A stretch of DNA of 64,000 nucleotides, taken from NCBI GenBank assembly GCA_964304625.1, contig OZ199838.1, positions 14,875,907 to 14,939,906 of the forward strand. Reading direction: 5' to 3'. Under the pieces are notes generated by a model that worked only from the letters and a program-made list of their open reading frames with translations, ran no database searches and had not been told where the DNA came from. Both the position numbers and the translations under genes were made by a program. The stretch is from Kudoa neothunni. Lineage: Eukaryota > Animalia > Cnidaria. This document shows positions 14,509 to 27,802 of this stretch, piece after piece (positions within the stretch are counted from its first letter, which is position 1; each line of letters starts with the position of its first letter).

Positions 14509-17091
14509 TTAATTTTAGTGATCATAATTGATTTTTGATACGATAAGAACTTTTATCCAATACTTTAATTTAATACTAAGTTTGAATGGAACTCGGACTA
14601 CTATAATAACCGTGAGTTTCATGTGACGACTTGTGAATTAAGTTGGGCATGTATATCAAATTGAATAGGTTTTTGACAAAAATACCACGTAGATTACAAA
14701 AAAACCATTTTTATTATTCTTTAAAACTCCGAGGAAGAATTTGTTCAGAATTATAATCTTGTTTATAACTACAACAAGGTTTCTATACTGCGTAATTCAA
14801 TGTTTACCTCCCGTTTATTACTAAATTTGTTTAGTTAAATGCATAATTGTTAGTAATTATCTAAAAGAATTTATTCGACTTATAATCAATTTCTATTTGT
14901 GTTAGCCTTAATAACTGGGAAATTATATTGGATCTCGTTACTACTTAACTATTTTCTGGATTTAATCTCATAATCGTTGGATTATACAGCCCCAAAATTC
15001 TGTATTGTTAAACCTCAATAAATCCCAGAAACGTAATTAGAATATGCTGATTTTATTATTCTGTAACATAAATTAAATTTTCTATAGCTCTATGATTGTA
15101 AAGCTTTTTAAATTGTTAAGTAAGGGTACATATTATAGTTCCGATTATTTAACACAGGTGATTTAATTTTGGAAATCATTTAATTTAGAAAAAATGAAAT
15201 CATAATATGAAATATTTACCTAACCATAAAAATCTTAATAATGAAATTATGGAGGATTTGAAAAGAAGAGAATATCAAGTTGGTTGGAATGGGGAAAGCG
15301 GAAATAATTACCGTCCTTTGTATATTAGTGTAGATAAGTCCCAGTTGGTAAAACTTTCAATTAATGATTTTAGTAAATTGAAATTTTCGACCATATTGAA
15401 ACGTTCGTCCTAAAATAAAAACATTAATTCCAATCTAAAAGCGAGGAATTAGAACGTGATGATATTTAATTTGAGGCGGTTGACAAAGAATTCTTAAATT
15501 TTAAAGAAAATAATGTCGTTAATTTAATCATTAATATGTTATCAAAATAAACTCTCGACAGAGTTTCTTGATTCACATCCTGTAATGTTCTAGCATTATC
15601 ATAAATTAAACAAACGAACTTGGCGTTTTAATTTTAAATAATTTATGTGAGGAATAAAAATATAATTACGCAAGCATAGTACATTGATTTTCGTAAGGTC
15701 TTTTTATCGTGTAACCCTTCTATGGACTCAATAAGCTATGCAATACTGAGGACTATGAAATTTTTATATTTTTGAAATTAGATGACGCTTATTGGTGTTT
15801 TATACCAGATTAACTTAGTTTATTAATTCATTTCTAATAGTCAGAAAAAATTATTTTTGGATAATTAAGAGATTTGTACAACATTAATATATTTCATTTA
15901 TGTTCAACTACAAATTTTTACATAACTTAATATTTTCATAATTGTAATAAATTTTCTTACTAATAAATGTTATGTATACAGGTGTCGTTGTAATGTTACA
16001 TAAATTTTTGAATTATTAATGTATTTAATTTTTTAACTATAACTTATATTTGAAAAAATATGAATTTGGTAAAGCCATACAGTAAAAAAAAATTGAACAA
16101 AATAAGTAATAAATGAGCGAAACATAAATTTACAGGATATAGAAATAATAATGATTCTAAAAGCTTTATGATTATCAATTACAATAATGTTAAAACCTTT
16201 AAATAGATATAACTTTAATATTTGACTTATAAGCCGTTATTATTATTTACTCATTTTATTCCTATATAACAGATTAACTTAATGATAATTCTTTTAAAGT
16301 TGATTGGGGCCCAAAATTTTATCGATTATAGCTTCTACCTGTTTCGAACGGTAGTTTGATTTTTGATACCAAACATAAATCAGCTCAGTCGATGAACCGA
16401 AAAATTATAACACGTGAATATAAGAATTTGCGTATAAATGTTTTTATTTTATTTTGAATTGTTCCGTATTGTTTTTTGGAAAAAATTAAAAAAAACATGA
16501 GCTATCATGGTGAAATCTAGGGCCACAGAATATGCCATTACCTACAACTGCCTATTAAAAATATCAAGGTATGATAGCTTGGATTTCAAATGGAACGTCG
16601 ATGCAGTTAATGGTTTCGGCGATTTTAAATCAATTTCTACAATAAAATAATTTTTTAGCCAGTTTTACATTTATGTTCAAATAGGCCTACGAACAAAATC
16701 CCACCAAAAAACGTAGATAGAAATTTCTGATTACTCGTCGTAATAAATATGGATTTTAAATTTATCTAACAAAAAATAACAAAACAAAGAAATGTGAATT
16801 AGCTTACAAAAACAAGAGACAGATTATGACTTTAAACTTACTAATACTTAAAAAGAGGCTTTACAGGAAAAGTGAGCTATATTTGCCAATGCATTAGCAA
16901 GAAAAATTCGATCACTCACGTAATTAGATTTTATTTGTATGATTCATCATGGAATAACAGAACTAGTTTTAATGGAATGTTTTAGACGTGAGCTTCCATC
17001 AGGAGATTTATTAGGTAATCCCTGGACGAGGTTTCTGGAGTGTGCGTGTTGCGATCGACGTTACTCTAAACTGGTACGTTGATCTGTTAGA

Positions 17092-17514
17092 ATGCAATCG
17101 AAATCTCACGGAAATCCATCACTTTATATTATATACTGGTAAAATCAATTAGGCTGGTCTATTTATAATTTTATTATAAATATAGCGCCGCATGAAATTA
17201 CTTACCTCAGGTTATTCTTTAAATTATTATTGATTCCTATCTCTGCATAGACTAACACATTTATACAACAAGTAAAAGAACATTTTGGAAATATCCCAAT
17301 CGATATTGTATTATTTAAGCTGGAAAACACCTTTTAATCAAATTCGCTTAAGGCTACGGAAGGTACAATTTATTCTAGTGGAAAATTCGAAGTTTTCCTT
17401 AACGGCCAACTGATACATAGCAAAATTGGTGGGGAGGGTTTTATTGATACAGAAACTAAACTGCAGAAGGTTTTGTCCAAGATAGAAACATCTTTTGTCA
17501 ATTCTCATCAATGA
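17092..17514 (+). CDS. SELENOW: Selenoprotein W (Rdx family, CxxU), 4 coding exons, 96 aa
   Basis: Exons 17092-17138, 17186-17210, 17251-17307, 17353-17514 give MQSKSHGNPSLYIIYCAAUNYLPQ...GKFEVFLNGQLIHSKIGGEGFIDTETKLQKVLSKI; in-frame TGA at 17193-17195 aligns with SelW YCGAUGY and FEV...LIHSK.GDG.VDT. Confidence 0.93.
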
Positions 17515-17542
17515 ACTATTCATTACACATTACTCTTCACTT

Positions 17543-17614
17543 GGATGCTGATCATGATGTGAATAATTAAATGCTTATAGGCACCTTATTCATTAAATTA
17601 TTTTAACAGCGTTC
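17543..17614 (+). promoter_or_regulatory. Candidate type-2 SECIS element in the SELENOW 3' UTR (non-canonical core)
   Basis: Helix I GGATGCTG/CAGCGTTC; ATGA 17554-17557; 11 nt to AAA 17569-17571; ministem TGCT/GGCA; helix II GTGAATAA/TTATTCAT; the 3' core reads TAAA instead of NGAN. Confidence 0.6.
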
Positions 17615-18507
17615 TAACTGAGTAGTTTTATGAATAGTTTTTTGTGTTATTTTGGTCTTACGTATCATTTATTAATGGTGCGCTGTGCAGATTTTCTCAA
17701 ACCTATTATTTATCCAATGATGTGAATTTGGCTCGTGTCTTTTATTTGATTGAATTACCTAAAAGTGTCGTAATTAAGTTGAGCTAAATTTAATAATATA
17801 CCGAATAAATTGGTCTATAGGTATTTTATAAATTTTAACATTGTCAATCCAATTAAAAAAGCCATATTGATCGACGCCCCTCTCAATCTTATTGCAGTGT
17901 GAAAATAACCAATCTCCAAAGAGTTTGGACGGAATGTGTATAAGTTATTCTGATTTTTAATATTCTTTTCCGTCAATGAATAATCAAATTTGAGCTTATT
18001 GTCGCTAATTTTAAAATATTTTTAACATCTTAAATTAATTGAATTTGAAATAATCGTTTAAAAGTGTAGCATTGGAATCATTTTTATAATCTTTTTAGTA
18101 AGTGGTTATTGACACGGTAAATAACATCCAGATGTTACTAATTTTGACTGTTTGTTGATTTCTGGTCCGCTGCTCCGCTCCCAAGGATCATAAATAATTA
18201 AATATAGTAGATTGTAAAAAATTAAATCGGTATATAATTTGTGAGTAAGAGTAATTGGGATTAGAAATCTCAACAACGCACGCGTACATGGTGCTTAGGA
18301 TTAAAATTTACCGAGTCAATAACCTCCGCTATCTTTTTAGAATCTTAAAATGAATAAAGTAAATTTAACTTTATCGTTTAAAATGCAACATTGGAATCAT
18401 TTTATTTTTATGTGTAATAAATGATTATTCAGTCAAAATATACCAAAAATAGAGTAAGATAACATTTTTAATTCTTTAGTGCCTAATTATTTATTTAAGT
18501 TATCCTA

Positions 18508-19242
18508 TCTATATTCACAAAGTAGTAGTGCCCGAATGTTCGTGTATATGCATTGAATTTGTTGTATATTCGGACATTAATTAAATTTTGATAACATCAA
18601 ATGTTTCTTTCAAAAACTATTATTGTTGTTTTCGAACCCTCTAAAGCTCCGAAAGCCTCTAGGGACTAATGAGTTTGATTTAGTAAGCACACTTCAAAAG
18701 ATCTGTTAGAGATTTTAAAAACACTTAGGGCCAAAATTTTCTTAATTCTTTATAAATTTATAACCGAGATTAATTATCATTAGATAGATCACATTCTTAT
18801 AATACATGGATTGTGCCCTTTAAGTTTCATTGAGGTCACTGGCTAAATTGAACACGTTCAGAAGTAAATTTTGATATAGAAGTTGTAATTTTGTGTTATC
18901 TAATTATTTAAATAATTTAATTTTGTGTTATAGGGATGATCAGCTATTTATCGGAAAGATTACTTAAAGTTTATGTTTGGTAAAGAAGTATTAATTTGTG
19001 CAATAAAAATTAAATATCATAAGGTTTCGTAAAATTATATAGTTTTCACTGTTTTATGAAAACTATAATGATATTAATTATAATTTTGCATATAATAATC
19101 GTCAAAGTATGATAATTAAAAAATATTTCAGTTTAATACCTTCTTCATATAAATAAACGTAAATACTATAACATATTGAATGATTTAAGAGATTTTTTAA
19201 TGAAAAATATTCCCGATCTTGGTCGGATTAAGCTTGAGCTAG
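18508..19242 (+). mobile_element. Non-autonomous Helitron-like element
   Basis: 5' TCTATATTCACAAAGTAGTAGTG like the 3456 copy; 3' hairpin CCGATCTTGGTCGG then CTAG|T. Confidence 0.55.
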
Positions 19243-19426
19243 TTACTTTTACGACAACAATTCAATATATCGGCGTAAACTAAAAAGGGAATATTCGATA
19301 AGTTTTTTAATTGAATATATTAAATCATAAAAAAATCTTAAGCAAAAATGTAAAAATTTCTATCAAAAAAGAATAAATTGTTCGAGTAAATGATCTCTGG
19401 CATTGGCGTGACAATAGCAGGTAATC

Positions 19427-22400
19427 TTATTCAAAGTCTTCGGCTTCAAGTGATTCTATCAGCTTCCCCAAATTATTTTTCACAGTCTACACATATCAGT
19501 AAACAGCAGAAAGTTAGTGGCTAATTGTGCATCTATATATTTACCGAGGATATTTTTATTTGACGTTCACAATAACTGACCTACAACAAACAAATTAAAA
19601 AGATATGGGAGGCGTTTAAGCTCACAAGTTTCTTTTTGAAAACTTTGATTCTATTTTGCGATTGTTTATCCAATTCTATAAATCAGAAGCAAGCAGATAA
19701 GTAAGAAGGACATGTATGACCAAGAACCTACCCCCTTTGAGTGTGTTGGTGAAAGTTTCCGTTTCTCTAATGAGATTTTCCACAATTTTCTCGTGCTAGC
19801 ATCATAGTTGTAATGAAATGTACAAACAACCACAACAAAAATACCACCGGTATGTCTTTACCGGTCATTTTGGCTTTGTCTAGGTTTCTCTGGGCAGACA
19901 TAAGGTTCTGTTGAATTTTAAGTTTTTGGAGAATAATCTCTAGACAGATCTCGGTTTCATCATAGAAATATTTGAATGTGTCGATCAGATAGGAGTCTTC
20001 AGTCTCTATGGATTTTACGCTTTGTTTCTATTTGGACAAAGAATAAATAAAAATAATTATAATTTAGCTATCTGTATTCTACTCTGTAGGATTCAAGAGT
20101 GGAACTCAATTGATGGTAAACTCTAATAAGCAAAATATAAATAACTAAGTATATTATTGGTAGATTAGAAACCTTGAAAGTTTGGAATATTCAACCGACT
20201 CGAGTGAATCAAGAGAGCTCGACAGCGAATTCAATGTTAAAGAAGATTCTCGTTGCAATTTGATGAGTGTCTGCGCTTGGGAGATGGCATTACCTAAACT
20301 ATTACAATACGACAATATAACAAACTATTAACCGGCTGAAAATACTTTGTTAGATAACCTTTAAAGAAAATTTTATGTTTTTCGATTTCTTCATCAAACT
20401 CCTACACAAACAATAAATTTATACTCCTGCCATTACCAAACCCATTGTGTATAAAAAAGCGGTTACTGTAACGGAATAGCTGGAAGGACTGGACGAATCC
20501 AAGAGTTTTCTATCAAGGGTTTTGAACAGACCAACAGCAAACGTCTTTAGCGAGTTCAGTTTACTATTTCCAGTGTTTAACTGTCAGCAACAAGTTAAAT
20601 AAATCCATAACCACCCTGTAATCTGTACCGAATAATCGTACGTAAGAAAATGTTGTAAACTACGATCCGTTCTCAATCGTTCATCAGCAGCTATTGCGGA
20701 TAAAAAGTCGTTGTGAGTACTTACTGTTCTGGCAAATAATCTCACGTATTCACTTAATTAATATGGAATCAAATACAAATAACGCCGTTTTAATATGCTA
20801 AAATTACTTTTTAAGTTCTTCTTCATACCACTCAGTATTATCAGTCTCGTGCATTGTGATAAATTGTGAGAAAGTAAAATCAGGTTTTCTTGGAACAGGC
20901 GGTATCTTTAAAAATAAAAATGAATCAAAATATATATCAATAAGTCGATCTTTATTTATAATCCATTAAAATTGTAAATAGTATAAAGGCAAATAAATAA
21001 TTAATAAAAAATAAGAAGGAAAGTACGAACCTACAAAAGTAAAAATTATTTTTATTATTAAACTAAAATATGGATATTATTTTCAAAATAAATACCTAGC
21101 AAAATAATTGAAGAGAAGGCCGAACTTAATCTAATCATTGAATATCTGAGGGTGGCCATCAACGCTTATTATATCAAAACTTTTACAAAATATTTTATTT
21201 CCTGTTTTTCCTTCGTGTATTTTATAGTATAATGATAATTTTAAAAATATTTGAATAATGGAGTTCTACGTTTAGTTTTTTTGCTTAAAAGAAAAAAAGT
21301 TACACACATACCTGAACATGCCCATCATATAAATAATAACGTTTAGATAATTAAAATATATAAAAAACCTTTTCTGCAATGGAAAAAAAATTATAAATGT
21401 ATTATAAAGCAAGGATTTTTTTAAAATTTATTTTGTTGTTTCTATAACAACTTGATTCTGTTAAGTAATTCGATCTGGAATGTGAATTGCAAATATTATA
21501 ATAATTTTGTTAAATCACATATAAACAAAAAGTAGTAGTTAAATATAGTTGTTTAAATTTAATTTAGACCATCTTGTCCTAACTTGAAAATTAAAAATCT
21601 AAGAATTCGTAGACTATGTATTTCTTATTCATAAATCAATTTTAAAGCTAAATTTCAATTTATAAAGTACGAAATTATATATTTAACCTATTTCTGTCAA
21701 CAGAGGAAGAGATCTCATAATAAAATCATGTATTTTGACAATAAAACAAAACATTAACTGTTAAAATAAGAATGAGAAGAAAATGTAAAAAATAACGTAA
21801 ATACTTATGTTCTTAATCTTAAATGCAACGATTTTTAGTATTTCAATACATCTATGCATGTGGTCACAATGACCACCTCCAGGAATTCGTGGAACTTTTT
21901 TCTTCGGGTGTTCGAGAGTTAAATTAAGTAGATATAGAACGTATTTATATTTAATTTGAAATTTCAACGTTATGATTAAATCGAAAGTTATAGCCTACGA
22001 AATCTCTCAGATTATGTTTCACCTTAGTTAAGGATTTGGAAATAGACATTTATGTGAAAATATAATGCACTTGTCATTCTGAGGTTTTATATGCAAAATA
22101 TAATTAGGGGAAATTGTTAATTTTGGTACCTATTTTTAAAAGTTGGTAATGCTTCAAATTAACTTTTAAAATTGTTTTAACAATAAAGAGATTAAGATGA
22201 ATTAATTTATGTGGGCCAAACAAGACTTATTCGGCTTATTTCAGCACATTTTAAAAAATAAATTTTTTTCTCAATTTTAACACTAGCAGTGACATCTATT
22301 TGTTTAGAAGTGGACAAACAATAGTTAAGTAACGCAGATTACGAGGGTTTAATTCTATGAAGACGCGATAAATATTAATCCATGCAGCCTCAGTTAAAAT

Positions 22401-23326
22401 AGACTTGTGTTTAAATTTCGGTTAAATTCGTTATGCCGTGCAAAAATAGACGTCTGATAAATCAGTGATTATCAATGATATTACTGGAAAAATTAGTTTA
22501 AATAATTGTGAAATAAATACAAATAATTTTCGTTATAATTTTAATTCAAGTCAGTTAGCTTGTATTCTTAATGGAATTATATAATTACATAGCACGGTTA
22601 ATGTTGGTTTTAGCTTGTAAAAACCGAGAATTCAACGTGTTTGTAAACGTGGATGTTATTCAAATCACATGACATATAAAAGTAAAATGAATGAAACATT
22701 CTTTTCGAACAAAATAACGATTTTATAAATATGTTATTCTCCGCTGTTATTAAAAAAATTTGGTTAAATAAGTCTCTTCTTCAAAGATATAACGTAATAT
22801 TTGGCGTGCTGATAAGGAAACCAAAAATCTGGATTAGCTTAATATCCAAATTCGACACAAAGAATGATATTTTTATAAATATTAATTTTCTAGTTCGACA
22901 TTGAATATATTATCTGAGTATATTTGTACAATAAAATAATTACCACAATTCCACCGTATTGATTATCACTTTTCAAAACCGTAAACAGCCATATAAACTC
23001 ATCATGTGTTCTCTTCACTTGATACAAACGATTAGGCTCATAATTTTGTAGAATGGACTATCAACAACACATCATATCAAATCCAATCAATTTAACCAAA
23101 AAATTGTTGTTCTACTTTGCATGAAATGTTGTAATAAATTTTCCCATCCACAGAATTGGCTTCACTTATCGCTGTACGCAAGGGATTCTCATCATCAGCA
23201 TTTTCGAGGTTATTTGGAGGGTTATCTTCAGACTATATGAAACCAAATTAGGAAATTTGCGAATTTAATTCAGTACAAAAGTTTAAAATGCATTCTATGT
23301 TATAAAAAGTTATTAACCTGATTCAT
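19427..23326 (-). CDS. SNX6: Sorting nexin 5/6/32 (PX-BAR), many exons
   Basis: Spliced: LRTAISEANSVDGKIYYNISCK|SILQNY...VKRTHDEFIWLF...YGGIV|IPPVPENPDF...EYVRLFARTVSTHNDFL...LDKAKMTGKDI...RIKVFKKKLV; matches SNX5/6 motifs (VRQHEEFIWL, IPPAPPRPDF, FKKTVAMHEVFL, FRKNLV). One ~2-kb intron contains a MITE. The SNX5/6/32 paralogue cannot be distinguished. Confidence 0.88.
21135..21918. mobile_element. TTAA-type MITE in the SNX6 intron; inverted copy of 31329-32241
   Basis: Reverse-complement similarity along its length (e.g. GGTCACAATGACCACCTCCAG vs CTGGAGGTGGCCATTGTGACC); ends ...TTCGAGAG|TTAA. Confidence 0.8.
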
Positions 23327-26300
23327 TTGTGTATAAATTGAAATCGTTTAATTCCGGGTAAACTCTTCAATCAATAGTATTAAATTGTTTCGACAGGTTT
23401 TCGGTTTTTGATATACATATACACCATATCCACAGTTGATGGTGGATTCTGTTTATTGTGAAAATATTCTAGATCGGTTGATTCGCCTACATCCAATATG
23501 CTCGGATATGCTGCAAAAAAAAAACAAATCAAATCTTGTAGGTATAGGTAATTGTCAGCTATAATCCTAACTCGGAAGAATATTATAATTCCCCATTCGG
23601 ATTACAGAAATGTTATGAGTATTGTTATTTTATATTTCAAATTCGTTTGAAACAAATAGCAAGTGGATTCTATGGAAACTTCTTTTTTCGTATGTGTGTT
23701 GTTTTTTAATTCCATATATAATTAAAAGATTTTATCAATGTTCTATGCATCTGTTTACGTGTAAAGTAATTATTAGGTATGATTCCAGACTAAATATTTT
23801 ACATATTTTTTGTTAATAGATACTTTTTGGTGGATTTTAGAATGAAAAATAATTTTAAATTATTTGGATATCTATTATAACTCGTTTGATATCCTCATAA
23901 TTGCTCGCGTGCAATAACGGTTATATATCACCACTTAACTTTGTTTAGGAATTTTATTAAAATAGATTATTCTATTAATTATTTTAATGTCACAAATCTA
24001 TGCATTATTAAATAAATAATGAGTTAATGCTGTCCAACCGCGAAACAAAATTTTTATTTAATTATAATAGGATAATTAATTCTCGCATATTAAATATTAA
24101 TAATTAATTGAGTTAATACATAAGATTACAATATTCTCACTTTGTTTAACCCTATGGTTCTCATTTTTCGTTGCAGGGAACAATCGATGTTTTGTTTAAC
24201 AACATAATGGAACATGTTTAATTTTTTCTAGTAAAATTTATTTTTCTAATTATATTTAATGTTACATTTAATGATATTTGTAAAAAAATAACCATACTAA
24301 AAAAGTTTGTATAAATGCCTACTTTCTGCCACTATTGATATAAAATATGAAAATATTAGATCGCTTAAAAGCCTTATTAAAAAATTTTCGGATATAAATA
24401 CCCAATGTTCAACGAAGAGAAAATGGTTACAAATCTTCAGAATTTATCAATAGGAAGGTCGTATACACCTAGAGATTTACATTATTCTTATAACTTTCAT
24501 TATATTGATTTTTGGGAGCGGAGAAAAACTTTGGAATGAAAGGATTAAATTAAACAAAAATATTATAAAAACGCACGTGAGTAATTTCAACGAAAAATGA
24601 ACTGTCAGTGTTGTATTTTAATTAATTTCACATTCAAGTCTCCTATCGCTATTCATTCTCATTCCCAGTTTTCCTAGAGTTTTCGGAACACTGATAACTG
24701 TGTACATAGCCACATTAAGTATTTTTCGATAAAAATAGTTAGTATTACATTTTTTCATATTAATGTAGGAGGAGGCTACTGGAGCGTAACTAATATTCGT
24801 GTAATCATAATTTTTATTACAGTAAGGTCTTGATACTGCGCCCACCAAGTCGGGACCTGAGCTTTTACTGCCCAATATCTATAGATGGTTCGCGCATGCG
24901 CACATAGAATAAATGTTTTATTTTTCAACGAAAAAATGATCTACCTTGTTTATCTTATCAAATTAAAGGTGTGAAAGGCATCATTCTAATAATATACGAA
25001 CTTTTCCTCATCTTTCACGAACTTGGGGCGAAGAATTTTTAAAATATCAAGAAGGTAGTTGAAGACATCCAATCATTTTTTGGATCGTTAATATTTAACA
25101 GAAAATTCATAAATTCCTTTTAAACGAGGGGTGTCTTTTAATTTACCAATGACACTATGTGGGAATTTTATCCCTATAAATTAAGCCCTCTATAATTCTA
25201 TTACAGGTTTTTGGATTGTTTCATTCCCATTTAATTCAACTCCTTTATATCATATGTGCGTTGAGTGTATTGTTCTTAGGAAAGAGAGGTTTCACAGAGA
25301 TTTAACATGTTTCCTTTTTCATATCTATTTTTTGCCTAATAAAATTTGATTACCTAATCATTAACAATATTATCATCGACTTACCTCCTTCTCCGCGAAT
25401 GGTGAATTAAAAAAACAGACAATATTGAACGTTTTAAGCGAACAATTTTTTACACTTAAATAAGTGATTTAAGATCATCGGCAAAAAGTTTTGCCTTCTC
25501 AGTGATAAAAACTCTAGAATATTTGTCTTTTTTGGTATTCTGACACAAGCCGGTCATACAACGCAATTTGAAGTTTGATGTATGTTTTATTCGTAATTCC
25601 TTTACTGAGAGAAACAACATTGGAGGTCATTATATCGGATTTATTAGATAAAATTCTAATCAAATTAGAATAACTAATGTTTATTTGAATAAAACTCAAC
25701 ATAACTGAATTCATGATATTCTATGGCATTATAGAGTAACTTTTTAGAATTTAAAGTTGAGGTAATTTAATCATAATATTGAATAGTTCCAATGTTATAC
25801 CAAAAATTTCTTTTCTTCCACAATACCGAACGGTTCGAATGTGTAATTTAGTGGATTAGTCGAATTAAAATTGGAAGTAACCACTGTCCAAAAACAAGAC
25901 CCTGAATTTTACAAAAAATTCCTTTTTTTAAATGTTATTTAGTATTTTTGAGTATAAAGCTAGAATAGAAGACTCTATACATTGAAAAGATTACAATGTT
26001 GGTTACGGAAATTTGAAAAAGGGTCGATTATCCTGTATCGAACCTCGCAATATCGAGACCTTACTGTATTTTTTAATTATAGATTCCAAAAAATAAAACC
26101 TGTAATTACATATGAATAAGAATTGCAAGAATTAAAAATTCCAATTGTACAGGATTACGTGTCGTTTAGGATTGTAATTGACCTTCCAATAGCTTCTGCC
26201 TATTTATAATATTATCGTATTAGAAGTATGGTTTTTTAAAGTCAGCTTTCATTATAACAAATAATTTACGAAAGACTAATTGATAAATAAAAGTCTTCTT

Positions 26301-26554
26301 ACGGACCTCTTAAATTAGTGCGTTGCACCATGGGTAGTTCATAAACATCATGTCGCTAAACACAGTGTTTTTCAATTCATAATTTTTGTTAGCCAATCTA
26401 GATTTAATCTAAGCCCTGGCGTGGTAATTATCACTGTAGTTAATTATTTCTGACTTATAACTCCATTCTTAAATACCAAAAATAAACTATCATAAATTCT
26501 AAAAAAATAATTTTATATGTAAAGTTATGGGCAGGAATTGTAGAAATTCTAAAT

Positions 26555-27763
26555 CAGTGTTTCCCAACTTTTTTTTACAAAGTCAAACCTCTGGCGCAAC
26601 TTGTTAGATTGTGAAGTTCGGGCTGGTTAGGCCTGCTCCATTTACGTTTTAGGCACCGCAGCGTCATATAAGATGACTTACATTTATGCGGTAGTGTGGG
26701 ATTTTAACCCACTAAACATCCTCGTTTCGGAGCAACCACCACCCCAATCATACCCTGGATTAACTTAGAATTAGTCTGGGAAGTCGCCTGAATGCGGGCG
26801 TCCGGTCTACAGAAACCCCCTATTGGGTTTTATTTCGTTCGTGTATCCCGGCGTTCGTGAGTTTGTGAGCGCTCGAGTCTATCCTTCCACCAGGCTCCCC
26901 TTTCAGCTGCAAGCAAGTCCACGGTAAATCGTAGATCTCTGCGATTACTACAGCCTTCCTACTTAATTTCGGATTAGGAGTACAGGAACGCCCGGACTAG
27001 GCTTCGAACTCACAACCTCGGAGTATGCCATCTCGACCTAACACCACTATGCCATATTGTCCAGGCTTCTAGTGTATCCCAAGTCCCACCGGTGGGGCAT
27101 TGAAATTTTTGAACGTTTAATGAACCGCGGAAGATCCTGAGTATTGGGGGTGATACGGATAATGGTGAGAAAATTGAGCAGTACGACCTAATTTGAAGCC
27201 AACATCGCGATTATTGGTATCAGTGATTTTTAAATGACGATTAATATCATAAAATTACAACAAGCAATGACTAATTTTATAAAATTTAATAATAATATTT
27301 GAAGTTCTAATCATCCAAATTGAATCTGAATGGTTTGAATCACAATCTTGTCTCATTTAGAATCGTATATCCCCTTTTAGGTTAAACCTAATACAGTATT
27401 GATTAGTTTTGTAATTGCATCATTTATTTTCGGTTCAATAGCCCCTTATACACGCAAGTCTTTCTAATGAAGATAGGATTACCACGAGTTTCATTTGATG
27501 CTGTTTTTGACGGAATGAAGAACTAAAGATATTAATTTTAAGGTCTATCGATAAATTAAGTTAGATCCAATCGAACACATTTTAATTTGAATGAGAAAAG
27601 AAATTTATATTAATTTCTTTCAAATTTTAATGTGATAGGGAGTTTTAATTAAAATTATCAACAGTTTAAGTAAAAAAAATAAATACTTATGATAGAGATG
27701 GGGGTCGGAATTTTTTTTCGATAAAAAAGTGAAAAGCGATAGAAATAAAGTAGGGACACCCTG
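26555..27763. mobile_element. hAT-family MITE carrying a SINE insertion
   Basis: Termini CAGTGTTTCCC / GGGACACCCTG; perfect 8-bp TSD TTCTAAAT on both sides; sister copy inverted at ~42960-43688. Confidence 0.88.
26569..27066 (-). mobile_element. tRNA-derived SINE, copy 1
   Basis: Minus strand A box TGGCATAGTGG, B box GAGTTCGAAGCC, GC-rich structured body and A-rich tail; second copy at 53189-53644. Confidence 0.8.
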
Positions 27764-27802
27764 TTCTAAATGTTTATCCGCGCATGCTCGTATAATATTT
27801 AA

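Noticed and set aside
15207-15413. 68-aa ORF in an AT-rich intergenic region
   Set aside because: No recognisable motif or splice context; probably spurious or a decayed element.
23370-25720. Exon-like fragments upstream of SNX6 (strong minus acceptor near 23512, donor near 25384)
   Set aside because: I could not build a stop-free model or recognise a family; may be a pseudogene or decayed TE.
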